From Gemmata obscuriglobus (GTDB lineage: Bacteria > Planctomycetota > Planctomycetia > Gemmatales > Gemmataceae): 32,000 nucleotides of DNA. The DNA is taken from the NCBI RefSeq assembly GCF_008065095.1, contig NZ_CP042911.1:3480001-3512000 (forward strand), read 5' to 3'. Position 1 is the stretch's first letter, and each line of letters starts with the position of its first letter. Below the pieces are notes generated by a model. That model made no database searches, was not told the origin of the DNA, and saw nothing but the letters and a program-made list of their open reading frames with translations. This document shows, in pieces, positions 8,518 to 17,701 of the stretch. A program made the position numbers and the translations under genes.

Positions 8518-10114
8518 GTAAGCGTTCACAGTTGATGCGGGTGTATCTCAACAGCCAGCGAAAGTTGGGTTCATCATCGGTGGTTGTTGAGCCGGGACCG
8601 GGATCAGTGTTGGTGGCTTTGCCCCGGTACGGTGTGCGGTGACGGCGTCGGTGAGGAATGCGAGCACGTTGCGGCCCTGCCGGCGACACGAGGCCAGGAC
8701 CGTGAGGATCCGCTCCACGAACCGGCTACCGCGTTCGGAGTCGGTGCCGTAGCTGGTCTTGCGCCAGCACACGGCGTGACGCAGGGCCCGCTCGGCCGCG
8801 TTGTTGGTCGGTTCCACCCCGCCCACGCGTGCGAACGTCCACAGGGCCGGCTCCACCGCCAACAGCTCGCGGCACACGGCCCCGGTCTTGGGGCACCCGC
8901 ACCGGCCCCCGTACCCCAGGTGCGTGCGGAACCGGGCCCGCACGGCGCGGGCGTACACGCGAGCGAACGTGGACCGGGCTAACGTCCCGTCCCGCACCCG
9001 GAACCAGTGCCCGAACAGTTCGTCGGAACAGGCCAACAGGGCGGCCCCGATCGGGGATCCGTCGTTGCCCCGATCGATCATCGCCTGGAAGTCCCGCCGC
9101 AGGTGCGCCCAGCACACCTGGCGCCGATGCACCGGCAGATGCGTGTACACCGGATACCGATCGGTCGTGTGGACCTGGGCGGACCCGTCCCGCAGGTCGT
9201 CGAACGCGCTCCGGCCCCGGGTGGCGCGGATCAGGAATGCGACCACCGAGGTGCTCACCGCGACCCACAACCAGGCCCGCTGGCGCCCTTGCGTCCAGCC
9301 CGTTTCGTCCACGTTCGCCGGGTGCCCGCGGGTGTACGCGAGAGCCGCTTCGGCCACCGGGGCCAGAGCCGCCGCGGTCGTGTGCTGGAGTTTGCACACC
9401 GTGGCCGGACGGATGGGCAACCCGAACAGGTCGTCGAACAGTTGGCTCACCACCCGCTTGCCCAGGCGGCACGAACCGGTGAGCATGGCGGCCACCGCCT
9501 GGACCCGGGGACCGTACCCGGGAGCCGCGTCGGCGGGCACCGGTGCGGTCGTCACGGCGCCGCAGTGCGGGCACCGGAGCCGATGGCACCGATACTCGGT
9601 CACCTGCGGCCGGACGACCGGGATCTCATGCACCTGGTGAATCGACGGGTTCGGGTCGTCCCCGGTGAGTGGGCACGCACACCCGCGGCAGGTGTCCGGT
9701 TTGAGGGTGTGGACCGTGTCGGGCGGCAGCACGGTGCGCTCGGCCTTGGGGTGCCCCGATTGACCGCCGCGCCGCTTCCCCGAGGGACTCTTGGGCGGGG
9801 CCGGCTTCACCTGCGGACCATCCGACGAGGGCGGTTTCGACGAGTTGCTGGAATTCTGGTTGAGCCGGGTCTGAAGGTCGGCCACCGTGACCTGGAGAGC
9901 CGCGACCGTGGCCTGCAACTGCGCAACCGTCGCTTCCAGCGCACGAATGTACGCCACCACCGCTGGCGGCAGGTCACTCGGTAGCTCCGGCGGTTGAGGA
10001 ACAGATGTCATCGCGTCCGTTCGATTACGGAACACCGGCTCTTGAGGCAACCCCGCGCAGAATCGAGTCACAAAGGCCTGGAAAATGCACGGCCCGCACC
10101 CCGTGAACGGTTAC
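8518..10114 (-). mobile_element. IS66-family element (1597 bp), nested in IS5 element 2
   Basis: Ends are GTAAGCGTTCAC (8518-) and GTGAACGGTTAC (-10114), an 11/12 IR with the GTAAGCG terminus I recall as typical of IS66. Perfect 8-bp TSD CCGTGTGG at 8510-8517 and 10115-10122. Confidence 0.9.
8548..10071 (-). CDS. IS66-family transposase (single-ORF type)
   Basis: 507-aa ORF. It has a leucine-zipper-like N-terminus, cysteine pairs (CRGCACPL...CPHCG), ...NVDETGW..., ...VCWAHLRRDF... and ...TNNAAERALR.... The likely start is ATG 10011 (MTSVPQPP). Confidence 0.85.
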   Translation of the reverse strand: MTRFCAGLPQEPVFRNRTDAMTSVPQPPELPSDLPPAVVAYIRALEATVAQLQATVAALQVTVADLQTRLNQNSSNSSKPPSSDGPQVKPAPPKSPSGKRRGGQSGHPKAERTVLPPDTVHTLKPDTCRGCACPLTGDDPNPSIHQVHEIPVVRPQVTEYRCHRLRCPHCGAVTTAPVPADAAPGYGPRVQAVAAMLTGSCRLGKRVVSQLFDDLFGLPIRPATVCKLQHTTAAALAPVAEAALAYTRGHPANVDETGWTQGRQRAWLWVAVSTSVVAFLIRATRGRSAFDDLRDGSAQVHTTDRYPVYTHLPVHRRQVCWAHLRRDFQAMIDRGNDGSPIGAALLACSDELFGHWFRVRDGTLARSTFARVYARAVRARFRTHLGYGGRCGCPKTGAVCRELLAVEPALWTFARVGGVEPTNNAAERALRHAVCWRKTSYGTDSERGSRFVERILTVLASCRRQGRNVLAFLTDAVTAHRTGAKPPTLIPVPAQQPPMMNPTFAGC

Positions 10115-10931
10115 CCGTGTGGTATTGAAACTCGGCGTCGCCCCCTTTCGGCTCAAGCCGGTTGAGCATCAGGTGGATCATGGCCAACTTGACGAACGCC
10201 TCCGACGACCGCACCGCCTTCTCCCGGTCCTTGGACAACCGCCGGCACGTCCCCAGCCAGGCGAACGTCCGCTCCACCGTCCACCGCCGCGGTAACTTCA
10301 CCCACCCCTTGGCCCCGTCCGGGCGGCGGACGATGACCAGCTCCCACCGGGCGTTCGTCTCGACCCACTCGTACAGGGCGTAGTTGTGGTACTTGCGGTC
10401 GGCGAACACCCGGCGCACCTTCCCCATCGGTTGCTCGTCCAGCCGGCCGAACAGTTCGGCCGCCGCCTTGGCATCATCGACGCTCGCGGCCGTCACCAGC
10501 ACGGCCAGCAGCAACCCCATGGAATCCACGAGGATGTGCCGCTTCCGCCCGTCCACGTTCTTGGCGTTGTCCCGGCCCCGCTCCTCGCCGCCGGAGGTCG
10601 TGTCCACCGACTAGCTATCCACGCTCGCGGTCGTCCGGGGCGAGTACGGCCTCTCGGCGGTGCGGACCTTTTTGCGGAGAAGGTCATGGATCGTGTCGCG
10701 GGTGCCGTTGTGTCGCCACTCGTCGAAGTACCGCCCGACCGTGGACTTGGGCGGGAAGTCCTTGGGCCGGTACCGCCACTGGCAACCGGTCCGCAGCACG
10801 TAGAAGACCGCGTCGGTGACGTCCCGCAGGGCGGTGGTGCGGGGACGGCCGCCGGGGTACACGGGGATGTGTGGCTCGATGAGCCCCCACTGCTCGTCGG
10901 TCACGTCGCTCGGGTAGGATTGGGTTCGCAT
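10068..10931 (-). pseudogene. IS5-family transposase with an in-frame TAG; its 3' end is displaced by the IS66 insertion
   Basis: ORFs 10611..10973 and 10068..10607 are in the same frame, separated only by TAG at 10611-10613. That stop sits in the conserved DSQSV motif (ASVDS*SVDTT). The downstream part reads NVDGRKRHILVD...WTVERTFAW. The original last codons and stop lie at 8502-8517. Confidence 0.8.
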
Positions 10932-10989
10932 GGACCATTCTACCCACCCAACCGCCACATATGGGACAGTCACTTAGGCGGCCGGGGGC

Positions 10990-12512
10990 CACTGCTGCGC
11001 ACATCTGATGCGTGCCGTTATGTCCGACCGTTTGGCGGCTTCGGCTGGAGCAGCTTGTGAATCGAGGTGTGCCCCCCAGACTTTCGCGGCGGAGGCTTCT
11101 CCGGTCGCGGCTTCTGGTTCGGCACCTTGGCCCACTTCGGCGACCATTGCGTGGAGAGCAACTCTCGCACGCGACCGCGCACCCGCTCATCGCCGCCCGG
11201 CACCGGGAGGGCGGCGGTCACCTCGTCGAGCGTCAGCACCTCGTGCAACCCGATCAACTCACGGGTCATGTCCGCGAGCACCTGCTCGGCGGACACATCC
11301 TCAACGGGCGTGGGCTCGGGGCGACCGGCCGTGATGTACGCTCGCACCAGTTGCAGCACGTTGAACAGTACCAGGCACAGGGCCCCCTGGAACACGGTCG
11401 CGGGCGGACGGCACCCGATCAGTCGTTGCAGGTGGAGCACCTCGGTGATCTGTTGGAACACGTTCTCGATTTGCCACCGCGTGAGGTACACCGCCAGCAG
11501 ATCGGCGCCGGGGTGCCGTCGGTCGTCGAGCCGGTCCGTAATCACCCCCACGTCCTCGTCGCCCGGGCGGATCAGGGTGACCCGTCGCACGTACAACCGG
11601 CGCTCCCCTTGCCCTTCGGCCCCGAGCCACCCCCACTCCTGACGAACCGCGCGGCCGTCATCATCCGTGCCCGTGACCGGGGCCCGCGTCGGGTCCGGGT
11701 GGAACCCCGTGTTGTGCCCGTACCGGACCGCGAAGTGGTCTCCGTCGGCGGCGAACCGACGGGGCTGGATCAGGTCGCAGAACTGGCGGTCGGCCACCCA
11801 CCGCCGTGGCCCCGTCACCACCTCACGGACGGTCGGCAACAGAGCCGGAATGGACCGGATGTCATTGGCCTCCCCGTCAACATCGGCAGCCAGACCGACC
11901 GCCACGCCCTCGGCGGGTAGGTACGCGACCAGCAACTTCCCGCCGTATAGTTTGCCCGGCTGGTTCCGGGTCGGGAGCAGCCGCTTGGCCACCCTCTTGA
12001 TCTTCTTCCCATCGACCACCACCACCGACAGCCCGCTCAGGCTGGCCGGCACAGCGGCCGGCCGGGCGTCCGCCGGGAGCAGCGGGCGGAGGCGCGGGGT
12101 GAGGGTGGTAAGGAGGGCCTCGGCCAGCGGCAACGGGAGGCGCGCGAGTTTGCCGTACACGGCCCGCACTTGGCACGAGATCTGGTTCCGCTGGACCGCG
12201 TCGAGGATGGCCCCGCGACCGTGGCCCCGGTACCGGGTGAGGGCGTCGGCGAGCACCCGGACCAACTCGGCGAAGGTGAGCTGGTCCTCGTAGCACCGAC
12301 CCCGATACCGGTCGAACAGGTCCGCGAGGACGGCGTCCGAGGCGAGGTACCCCCATACGGTGTAAAACGCCTCGGCCAGCGGTAGGCGGTGTAGCACTTC
12401 GGCGGAGAAACCGTTCGCCGCGGACGCCGTCCCGGTTGCGGATGGCACGACAGATCCTCAACGTCCTGATGGGTCAAGACGTTATAGCCCAAGCCAGATG
12501 TGCGCAGCAGTG
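10990..12512 (-). mobile_element. IS4-family element (1523 bp)
   Basis: Perfect 18-bp IRs: CACTGCTGCGCACATCTG (10990-11007) and CAGATGTGCGCAGCAGTG (12495-12512). No TSD is recognisable in the flanks. Confidence 0.85.
11018..12448 (-). CDS. IS4-family DDE transposase
   Basis: 476-aa ORF filling the element. Motifs: ...VVVDGKKI..., ...WVADRQFC..., and Y-x2-R-x3-E in YLTRWQIENVFQQI. Confidence 0.8.
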   Translation of the reverse strand: MPSATGTASAANGFSAEVLHRLPLAEAFYTVWGYLASDAVLADLFDRYRGRCYEDQLTFAELVRVLADALTRYRGHGRGAILDAVQRNQISCQVRAVYGKLARLPLPLAEALLTTLTPRLRPLLPADARPAAVPASLSGLSVVVVDGKKIKRVAKRLLPTRNQPGKLYGGKLLVAYLPAEGVAVGLAADVDGEANDIRSIPALLPTVREVVTGPRRWVADRQFCDLIQPRRFAADGDHFAVRYGHNTGFHPDPTRAPVTGTDDDGRAVRQEWGWLGAEGQGERRLYVRRVTLIRPGDEDVGVITDRLDDRRHPGADLLAVYLTRWQIENVFQQITEVLHLQRLIGCRPPATVFQGALCLVLFNVLQLVRAYITAGRPEPTPVEDVSAEQVLADMTRELIGLHEVLTLDEVTAALPVPGGDERVRGRVRELLSTQWSPKWAKVPNQKPRPEKPPPRKSGGHTSIHKLLQPKPPNGRT

Positions 12513-12752
12513 ACCGACGAGTACCGTCCGGGTAGTTTGGCGCATCGTCTGGGCGTCAACCGCGACACGGTCCGTCGTTGGGTGAAAGTGAAGTGGGTGA
12601 ACGTCCGTCGTGACGAGAACGCGCACCACGTGATCTGGGTCGACGCCGAAGAACTAGAGCGCCTGCGAACCCTTCACCAACTCCCCCGCACATGGGCGAA
12701 TAAGGCTCGCTTCGAGGAGCTGGAGAAGCCCAAACCGCGGCCGGCGCGGTAG
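12513..12752 (+). pseudogene. Orphan 3' gene remnant encoding an HTH-like C-terminal domain (recombinase/excisionase-tail-like)
   Basis: The frame begins at the IS4 IR boundary. Peptide: ...SLAHRLGVNRDTVRRWVKVKWVNVRRDENAHHVIWVDAEELERLRTLHQLPRTWANK.... No credible start or upstream partner is present. Confidence 0.3.
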
Positions 12753-12812
12753 ACTGGAACCGGCCCGGTTGCCAGCCGACCGGGCCACCCCACCTCTACC
12801 TTCGGAGGCATT

Positions 12813-13157
12813 ATGGCTGAGCTATTGAGGAGTACGTTCCAAGAAATGCGCGCGGAACTGGGCCTGGAGACGACCCGCGGGCGGCGCGAGAAGACCGTGT
12901 TGCGGGCGGCCCCGTGCCTGTTCCGGTTGTACACCGTGGTGGCGGTCCAGTTCCACACCCTGCCCGCATCGAAGCGAACCGGGGTCGTGGAATGGCCGGG
13001 CAATACCGTCGCAACATTCTCCGATGCGTTGGCGGCGGTCCGGCGGTGGCTCTGGGCCGAGGCACTTTTGCCACAGGCCGGGCAAACCATGGGTCTTGAT
13101 AAACTCCCGGAGCCCGTGCGCGAGCTCTTGCTTACCACGCTCGCACCCGCCGGATAA
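12813..13157 (+). pseudogene. 3' fragment of an IS701/IS4-superfamily transposase gene
   Basis: The peptide STFQEMRAELGLETTRGRREKTVLRAAPCLFRLYTVVAV...TFSDALAAVRRWLW has the E-x6-R/K catalytic-E region and tail architecture seen in ISa-type transposases. The catalytic D residues are absent, so the gene is 5'-truncated. Confidence 0.5.
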
Positions 13158-13322
13158 GCGTCACAGATTCGGCATCAGTCGAGTTCAGAGCCTGTGAATC
13201 AAACCCTCTCGGGCGGCAATCGATTCCGTTCGCAGTCGTGGTGAGAGGGTCTGTGGGGCGGTGCTCGGGTTTGCTCCCAGGCTATTGGCGGCATGCGTCG
13301 CGCCTGCACCGTTTTTGCCTCG

Positions 13323-13840
13323 TCAGGGCACCATTTCCGCGGCGCGCGGCCTTGCCCCGCAAGCCAGGTTGTGAGCGACCGCAAACCACAGGACCACGGA
13401 CATCACCTTCTCCACCCCGCGAACCAGTCATCGCAACAGACCGCGGTTCCGGGCCTGGGCGTTCACGCACTCGATCGTCGCGGCCCGATGTCGGTACACG
13501 TCTTGGGCCGCCTCGGTCCCCATCCGGGGGAGCCACTGGCGGACCGTCGGATGGTCCGTGGCAAGCGGTTGGTACCGGTCCCGAGTCGGATCTTTCGGCT
13601 CCGGCACCGGCGCGTACACGGTACATCCCCGTGGCGCGTCCTCAACCGCCTGAATGTCCGACAGGTCGACGCACCCGCCGTCGGACAAGACCTCTCGCGG
13701 GTACATCCCGTGCCGTGCCCGCGTCTGGCCCACCAATGGCGTGAGTTGTCCGCTATCGGTGCCGTTGGTCGTGACCTCAACGGCACCGATGGCCTGACGT
13801 CCACAATCGGTACCCAGTTCCACGTCGTACGCCGAACGGA
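13323..13840 (-). pseudogene. IS1182/IS5-like DDE transposase, C-terminal fragment with an in-frame TGA
   Basis: Peptide: ...AYDVELGTDCGRQAIGAVEVTTNGTDSGQL...LSDGGCVDLSDIQAVED..GCTVYAPVP...AATIECVNAQARNRGLLR*LVRGVEKVMSVVLWFAVAHNLA. The TGA lies at 13428-13430. The upper boundary (~13840) is approximate. Confidence 0.5.
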
Positions 13841-14106
13841 ACCCGGCAGAGCTTGTACCCGAGGCGGTTCAGGATGTCACCGACGGTCTGGCGGGTCGGC
13901 ACCTTCCCGGCCCGTTCGGGGACGGCCAGCAACGCCTCGCGGACGGCCATGGCGGTAACCCGGGTATAGGCCAACGGGGTCTGGAACGTGGGACCGGCCT
14001 GGGCGTGCGGAGCGACCAGGCGGCGGATGTGCACTTCGACCTTGGGGTGCAAGTCCTCGGTCGCCGTCCGCCCGCGGGATTCGAAGTCCTCGACGCACCG
14101 GATGCC
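13841..14106 (-). pseudogene. ISAzo13-family transposase (copy 2), internal fragment
   Basis: IRCVEDFESRGRTATEDLHPKVEVHIRRLVAPHAQAGPTFQTPLAYTRVTAMAVREALL...TVGDILNRLGYKL aligns with residues of the intact copy at 17702.. (ARDAFSARGRHRAEDRLPDLLADIRDLVTSQSQADPRFRTLRLYTRLTAEEVRRQL...LRTKLNDLGFHP). Confidence 0.6.
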
Positions 14107-14150
14107 TACAGTGGACCCCATTGTCTAGACCAAAAAGTTGCTATCCTTCG

Positions 14151-15018
14151 CTACTGTTTCGTCGGGGCCTTCGTGGCTCCGACGCCATACACCTGAGCCG
14201 GGGTGCGGTAGTCCAGGGACTGGTGTAACCGCTCGGTGTTGTAGAACCCGAAGTACGCCCGGAGCCCACTCTCCAGGGCCGGCACCGACTCGTAACCCTT
14301 GAGGTACACGTCCTCGTACTTGACGCTCCGCCACAGGCGCTCCACGAACACGTTGTCCAGGCACCGGCCCCGCCCGTCCATGCTCACCGCGACCCCGGCC
14401 CGCTCCAATCGCCCGACCCACGCGGCGGCCGTGAACTGGACTCCCTGGTCCGTGTTGAACACCTCCGGCTTGCCCCGGCCCAAGGCCTCCTCCAGCATGT
14501 CCTGGCAGAATGACCCGTCCAACGTGTTGGACAGTCGCCAGGCCACCACGTACCGGCTGAACCAGTCCATCGTTGCGGCCAGGTACATGAACCCGGTGGG
14601 CATCGGGATGTACGTGATGTCCGTGCTCCACACCTGATGGACCCGGTCGATGGCCACGCCCCGCAACAGGTACGGGTACACCTTGTGCCCGGACCCGACC
14701 GACAGCTTGGGCTTGGGGTACAGGGCCTCCAACCCCATGATCCGCAACAGCCGCTGCACCCGCTTGCGGTTCACCTCGTGGCCCTGGGTGCCCAGCCACG
14801 CGGCCAGGCGCCGGCTCCCGTAGAACGGGCACGTCGTGTACTGCTCGTCGATCAACCGCATCAGCGTCAGGTTCTCCGCGCTCTCCGGGGTCGGCTCGTA
14901 GTACACCGTCGAGCGGTTCAATCCGATCAGCTCGCACTGGCGCCGGACGCTCAGCTCCGGGTGCTCGGCCTCGATCCGGGCACGCTTGGCCTCAGCCGAG
15001 GGCGGCCGATTTTTTTTT
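14151..15018 (-). CDS. IS3 OrfB (integrase-core DDE domain), expressed as an OrfAB fusion
   Basis: Motifs: HQVWSTDITYIP, NTDQGVQFTA, DNVFVERLWRSVKYE (DD(35)E region). The frame is open upstream to the A9 slippery run. Confidence 0.85.
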
Positions 15019-15279
15019 CACCCAGTCGAGTTCCACCTTGAGGCGGCCGATCTGCTCGTACAACTCGGTCGTCTTGTCTTCCGGGGGGCCGGTGCCCTTC
15101 GCCCCCGAGGCGAACACGGCCTCGGCCCCGGTGAGCAACTGCTTCTTCCACCCATGAATCAGGGTCGGGTGGACGCCGTGCTGACTCGCCAGTTCGTTGA
15201 TGGTCTTGTCGCCCTTGAGGGCCGCCAGCGCGACCTGGGCCTTGAACGCCGCCGAGTGACTCTTCCGCTTGCCCGCCAT
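14992..15279 (-). CDS. IS3 OrfA (HTH / leucine-zipper protein)
   Basis: 95-aa ORF: MAGKRKSHSAAFKAQVALAALKGDKTINELASQHGVHPTLIHGWKKQLL...LKVELDWVKKKSAALG. Confidence 0.85.
   Translation of the reverse strand: MAGKRKSHSAAFKAQVALAALKGDKTINELASQHGVHPTLIHGWKKQLLTGAEAVFASGAKGTGPPEDKTTELYEQIGRLKVELDWVKKKSAALG
15010..15018 (-). promoter_or_regulatory. -1 programmed frameshift site of IS3 (A9 run, A AAA AAA)
   Basis: On the minus strand, GTG AAA AAA AAA TCG. A -1 shift joins OrfA ...DWVKK to KNRPPSAEAKRARIEAEHPELSVRRQCELIGLNRSTVYY of OrfB. Confidence 0.75.
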
Positions 15280-15344
15280 GGGTTCCCCTTTCCTGGGCCT
15301 CCGGTATAGCTTAACCGGCGGTCCAGTTTTCGGGGTCCACTATA

Positions 15345-15660
15345 GCCGGTCCGGAATTCGTTCAGGCCGGTGTGGACGGTGTCGCGTCCCCACCCGAAGG
15401 TGGTCTCGGCGTGGCGGGCGGAGCCGCCGCAGTAGGTATGAGCCATCTCGGCCTGGAATCGCCGCCGCTTGTGCCCGGTGAGCAGCGTCGCGGCCAGTAG
15501 GATGGCCCACCGGGCGTCGTCCGTGAGTTCTGCTATCACGACCTCCCCCGTGAGGCATACCTTGTAGCCGATCCCAGAGGTCACTGGGAGATCACCTTCC
15601 CGCTCGTGCCTTAGACGTCAGCGAAACTGATCGATTTCGTAATTTTTGGAGCCGTCGTTA
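15345..15660 (-). pseudogene. ISAzo13 copy 2: 5' end with the transposase N-terminus
   Basis: AEMAHTYCGGSARHAETTFGWGRDTVHTGLNEFRTG parallels the intact copy (GGQRRAEEAFGWNRVTIRKGMRELNSG). The putative terminal sequence ...CCAAAAATTACG near 15640-15660 resembles the copy-1 IR. The outer boundary is approximate. Confidence 0.55.
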
Positions 15661-15669
15661 GGGAACGGA

Positions 15670-15698
15670 GGCGCGGTCGCGCGTGGCGCGACCGCGCC
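15670..15698. repeat. Perfect 13-bp GC-rich palindrome with a 3-nt loop
   Basis: GGCGCGGTCGCGC gtg GCGCGACCGCGCC. It lies between the ISAzo13 copy-2 end and the kinase gene, ~165 nt upstream of ATG 15862. Confidence 0.7.
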
Positions 15699-15861
15699 AC
15701 GCGCGAAGTGTCGAGAAAGTCGTCACCGATATCCGTTATTCGACGCCGAAGCGGTCTCGGATTCCAACTTGTGGCCCGCGCTGCTACCATACTTTTCACA
15801 CGTCGTGAGCCCGAAGCTCGCCCAGTCATCGCCCCAGTTCGCATTGAGGCGGGAGCGCCGA

Positions 15862-17103
15862 ATGCCCGTTTCGTACAGGTGCCCGAACCCCGGCTGCGGG
15901 GTCGCGCTGAAAACGCCCATGCGCCTGCGCGGCGGAAAGGTTATCACCTGCCCGCGGTGCGGGTTCCGTTTCGTCCCCGAACTGAGCGGGGAGGGAGGCC
16001 CCCTCCGCCCGGATTCCCCCGGCGGCCCGCTCCCGTTGCCGGACACCCGCGCGCAGGGCAGCGTCGAGCGCGCCCGCCTCGACCCGCTCTCGGCGGTCCA
16101 GGCCGTCGAGCCGATCCGGCTGTCGTTCGCGACCGGCGACCCGCTGCCGGGGCTATCGAGTTGGGTGCTGGAACGGCAGATCGGGGCCGGCGGGTTCGGC
16201 GAGGTGTGGCTGGTGCGGCACGAGTGGAAAGCAGAGCGCCGCGCGGTCAAGTTCTTCACCCACCCCGACGTGCGGCACCGGCTCGTCACCCACGAAAAGA
16301 AGGTGCTGGTTCGCGTCATGAAGCACGCGGGCGACCACCCGAACATCGTCCCGCTGCTGGAGTGCAACCTGGACGGCGACATGCCGTGGCTGATGTATGA
16401 GTACGTCGAGGGCGGGACGCTGATCGACGCGGTCCGCGAGTGGCAGGTTCGCACCGCGCCGAAGCGGGTCCGCCGGGCGGTGCGCACGCTGTTCGCGGTC
16501 GCGGCGGCCATCGCACACTGCCACCGCCTGAAGATCCCCATCGTTCACCGCGACCTGAAGCCCGCTAACGTGCTGCGCGACGCGACGGGCACGTTCCGGG
16601 TGACCGACTTCGGGATCGGCGGCGCCGCGAGCGCGCCCCCCGCGGACGGGGCCACGCACGGGTATTTGACCAACAGTGGGCGGGTGCCCACTCTGCTCCG
16701 CGCCGCCGGCAGCTTCGGGTACGCCAGCCCGCAGCAGCGCAACGGCGACCCGCCGGATCCGCGGGACGACGTGTACGCGCTCGGGGTGCTCGGGTTCCAG
16801 ATGTTGATGGGGGATCTGACGCGCTGGCCCGGGCCGGACATGGCCGACGACCTCCGCGCGCTGGGGCTGACGCGCAGCATCGTTTCGCTGCTGGTGCAGA
16901 GCGTGTCACACAACCCGGCCCGTCGGCCCAGCGACGCGCACGAGTGGAAGCTGGCGCTCGAATCGCTGACCACCAAGAGCGGCGCCGATCCGGGTTCCAC
17001 CGGGGCGCACGCGACGATCACCCCGCCCCCGGTCATGACCCCGCCGCCGGGGGGCGGCACCGATAGCACCGCCGACGGACGCGCGCCGGGCGACTCGCGC
17101 TGA
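15862..17103 (+). CDS. Hanks-type Ser/Thr protein kinase with an N-terminal zinc ribbon
   Basis: Start MPVSYRCPNPGCGVALK...ITCPRCGF (CxxC...CxxC). Kinase motifs: GAGGFGEVW, AVKF, HPNIV, HRDLKPANV, VTDFG, ASPQQ, DVYALG. The listed ORF start at 15646 is an upstream read-through without kinase homology. Confidence 0.85.
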   Translation: MPVSYRCPNPGCGVALKTPMRLRGGKVITCPRCGFRFVPELSGEGGPLRPDSPGGPLPLPDTRAQGSVERARLDPLSAVQAVEPIRLSFATGDPLPGLSSWVLERQIGAGGFGEVWLVRHEWKAERRAVKFFTHPDVRHRLVTHEKKVLVRVMKHAGDHPNIVPLLECNLDGDMPWLMYEYVEGGTLIDAVREWQVRTAPKRVRRAVRTLFAVAAAIAHCHRLKIPIVHRDLKPANVLRDATGTFRVTDFGIGGAASAPPADGATHGYLTNSGRVPTLLRAAGSFGYASPQQRNGDPPDPRDDVYALGVLGFQMLMGDLTRWPGPDMADDLRALGLTRSIVSLLVQSVSHNPARRPSDAHEWKLALESLTTKSGADPGSTGAHATITPPPVMTPPPGGGTDSTADGRAPGDSR

Positions 17104-17178
17104 GCAGACGGTTGTCCGGTTCATAACGAGCCTGACCCGGACGGACCGACGCCGCAGCGCACACCTGCCGCGGTCACT

Positions 17179-17604
17179 TTACTGCCAGGAGAAGCAACCG
17201 GGCGTGGCGGTGTTGATCTGGCGCAGCACCTTTCCGACCTCCGGCTCCGTTCGAGGGTCGAGCCGTGCGGCCTCCCGCAGGTGCTCCCGGGCGGGGCCGG
17301 GCCGGCCGCCGTCGTGGTAGTGTCGGCCGAGTTGGAGGTGGAACTGGGCCGCACGCCCGGGGAGCACGTCCAGCCCCATCTTCAGGGCCAGTTCGGCGTC
17401 GACCGGGCGGACGGTCCGCACGGGCGTTGAACGCGAGCCCCTCGATCGCGGTCGCGCACATGTCAGCGGTTCGCGGGTTGCTCGCGGCTTGCGGGCGCAA
17501 CTTGTCCAGCACGCGCTGGTACAACTCGTCGCTCGCGGTCCAGCGCTTCTGGTCCCGGTAGACGGTCGCCAGCAAAAGGGTGACCGTGTCGTCGTCCGGG
17601 CGGC
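17179..17604 (-). pseudogene. TPR-like repeat protein gene, interrupted upstream by IS insertions and carrying an internal frameshift
   Basis: There are two protein-like frames. One reads ...GRPDDDTVTLLLATVYRDQKRWTASDELYQRVLDKL...EGLAFNA. After a shift near 17415-17425 the other reads VRPVDAELALKMGLDVLPGRAAQFHLQLGRHYHDGGRPGPAREHLREAARLDPRTEPEV...*. The 5' side runs into the CTAG/IS junction at 17605. Confidence 0.5.
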
Positions 17605-17701
17605 CTAGGGCGTGTGGACAGTTAGGGACTCGGCAAAAAATAACTATCCCAAGTCTCGTATCGTAGGATGACCTTCTCGGTGGTACCCGCAGGAGGTCGC
17701 T

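Larger units (their letters stand above)
8480..10973 (-). mobile_element. IS5-family element 2, interrupted by an IS66-family insertion
   Basis: Perfect 18-bp IRs: GTGACTGTCCCATATGTG (8480-8497) and CACATATGGGACAGTCAC (10956-10973). TSD TTA at 8477-8479 and 10974-10976. About 890 bp once the insert is removed. Confidence 0.85.
14107..15344 (-). mobile_element. IS3-family element (1238 bp), inserted in ISAzo13 copy 2
   Basis: Imperfect ~25-bp IRs: TACAGTGGACCCCATTGTCTAGACC (14107-) and, reverse-complemented, TATAGTGGACCCCGAAAACTGGACC (-15344). 3-bp TSD GCC at 14104-14106 and 15345-15347. Removing it restores ...NEFRTG|IRCVEDF.... Confidence 0.85.

Noticed and set aside
10605-10616. In-frame TAG codons in transposases as evidence for stop-codon reassignment or programmed readthrough (a pyrrolysine-like or alternative genetic code).
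   Set aside because: TAG is used as an ordinary terminator by good genes in the window (462-464, 7167-7169, 12750-12752). The premature stops include all three stop codons, and they co-occur with frameshifts in the same genes. Decay is the simpler explanation.
15646-15861. An upstream extension of the kinase ORF (start at 15646).
   Set aside because: It reads through the GC palindrome and the IS end. The zinc-ribbon motif and kinase homology start at ATG 15862.
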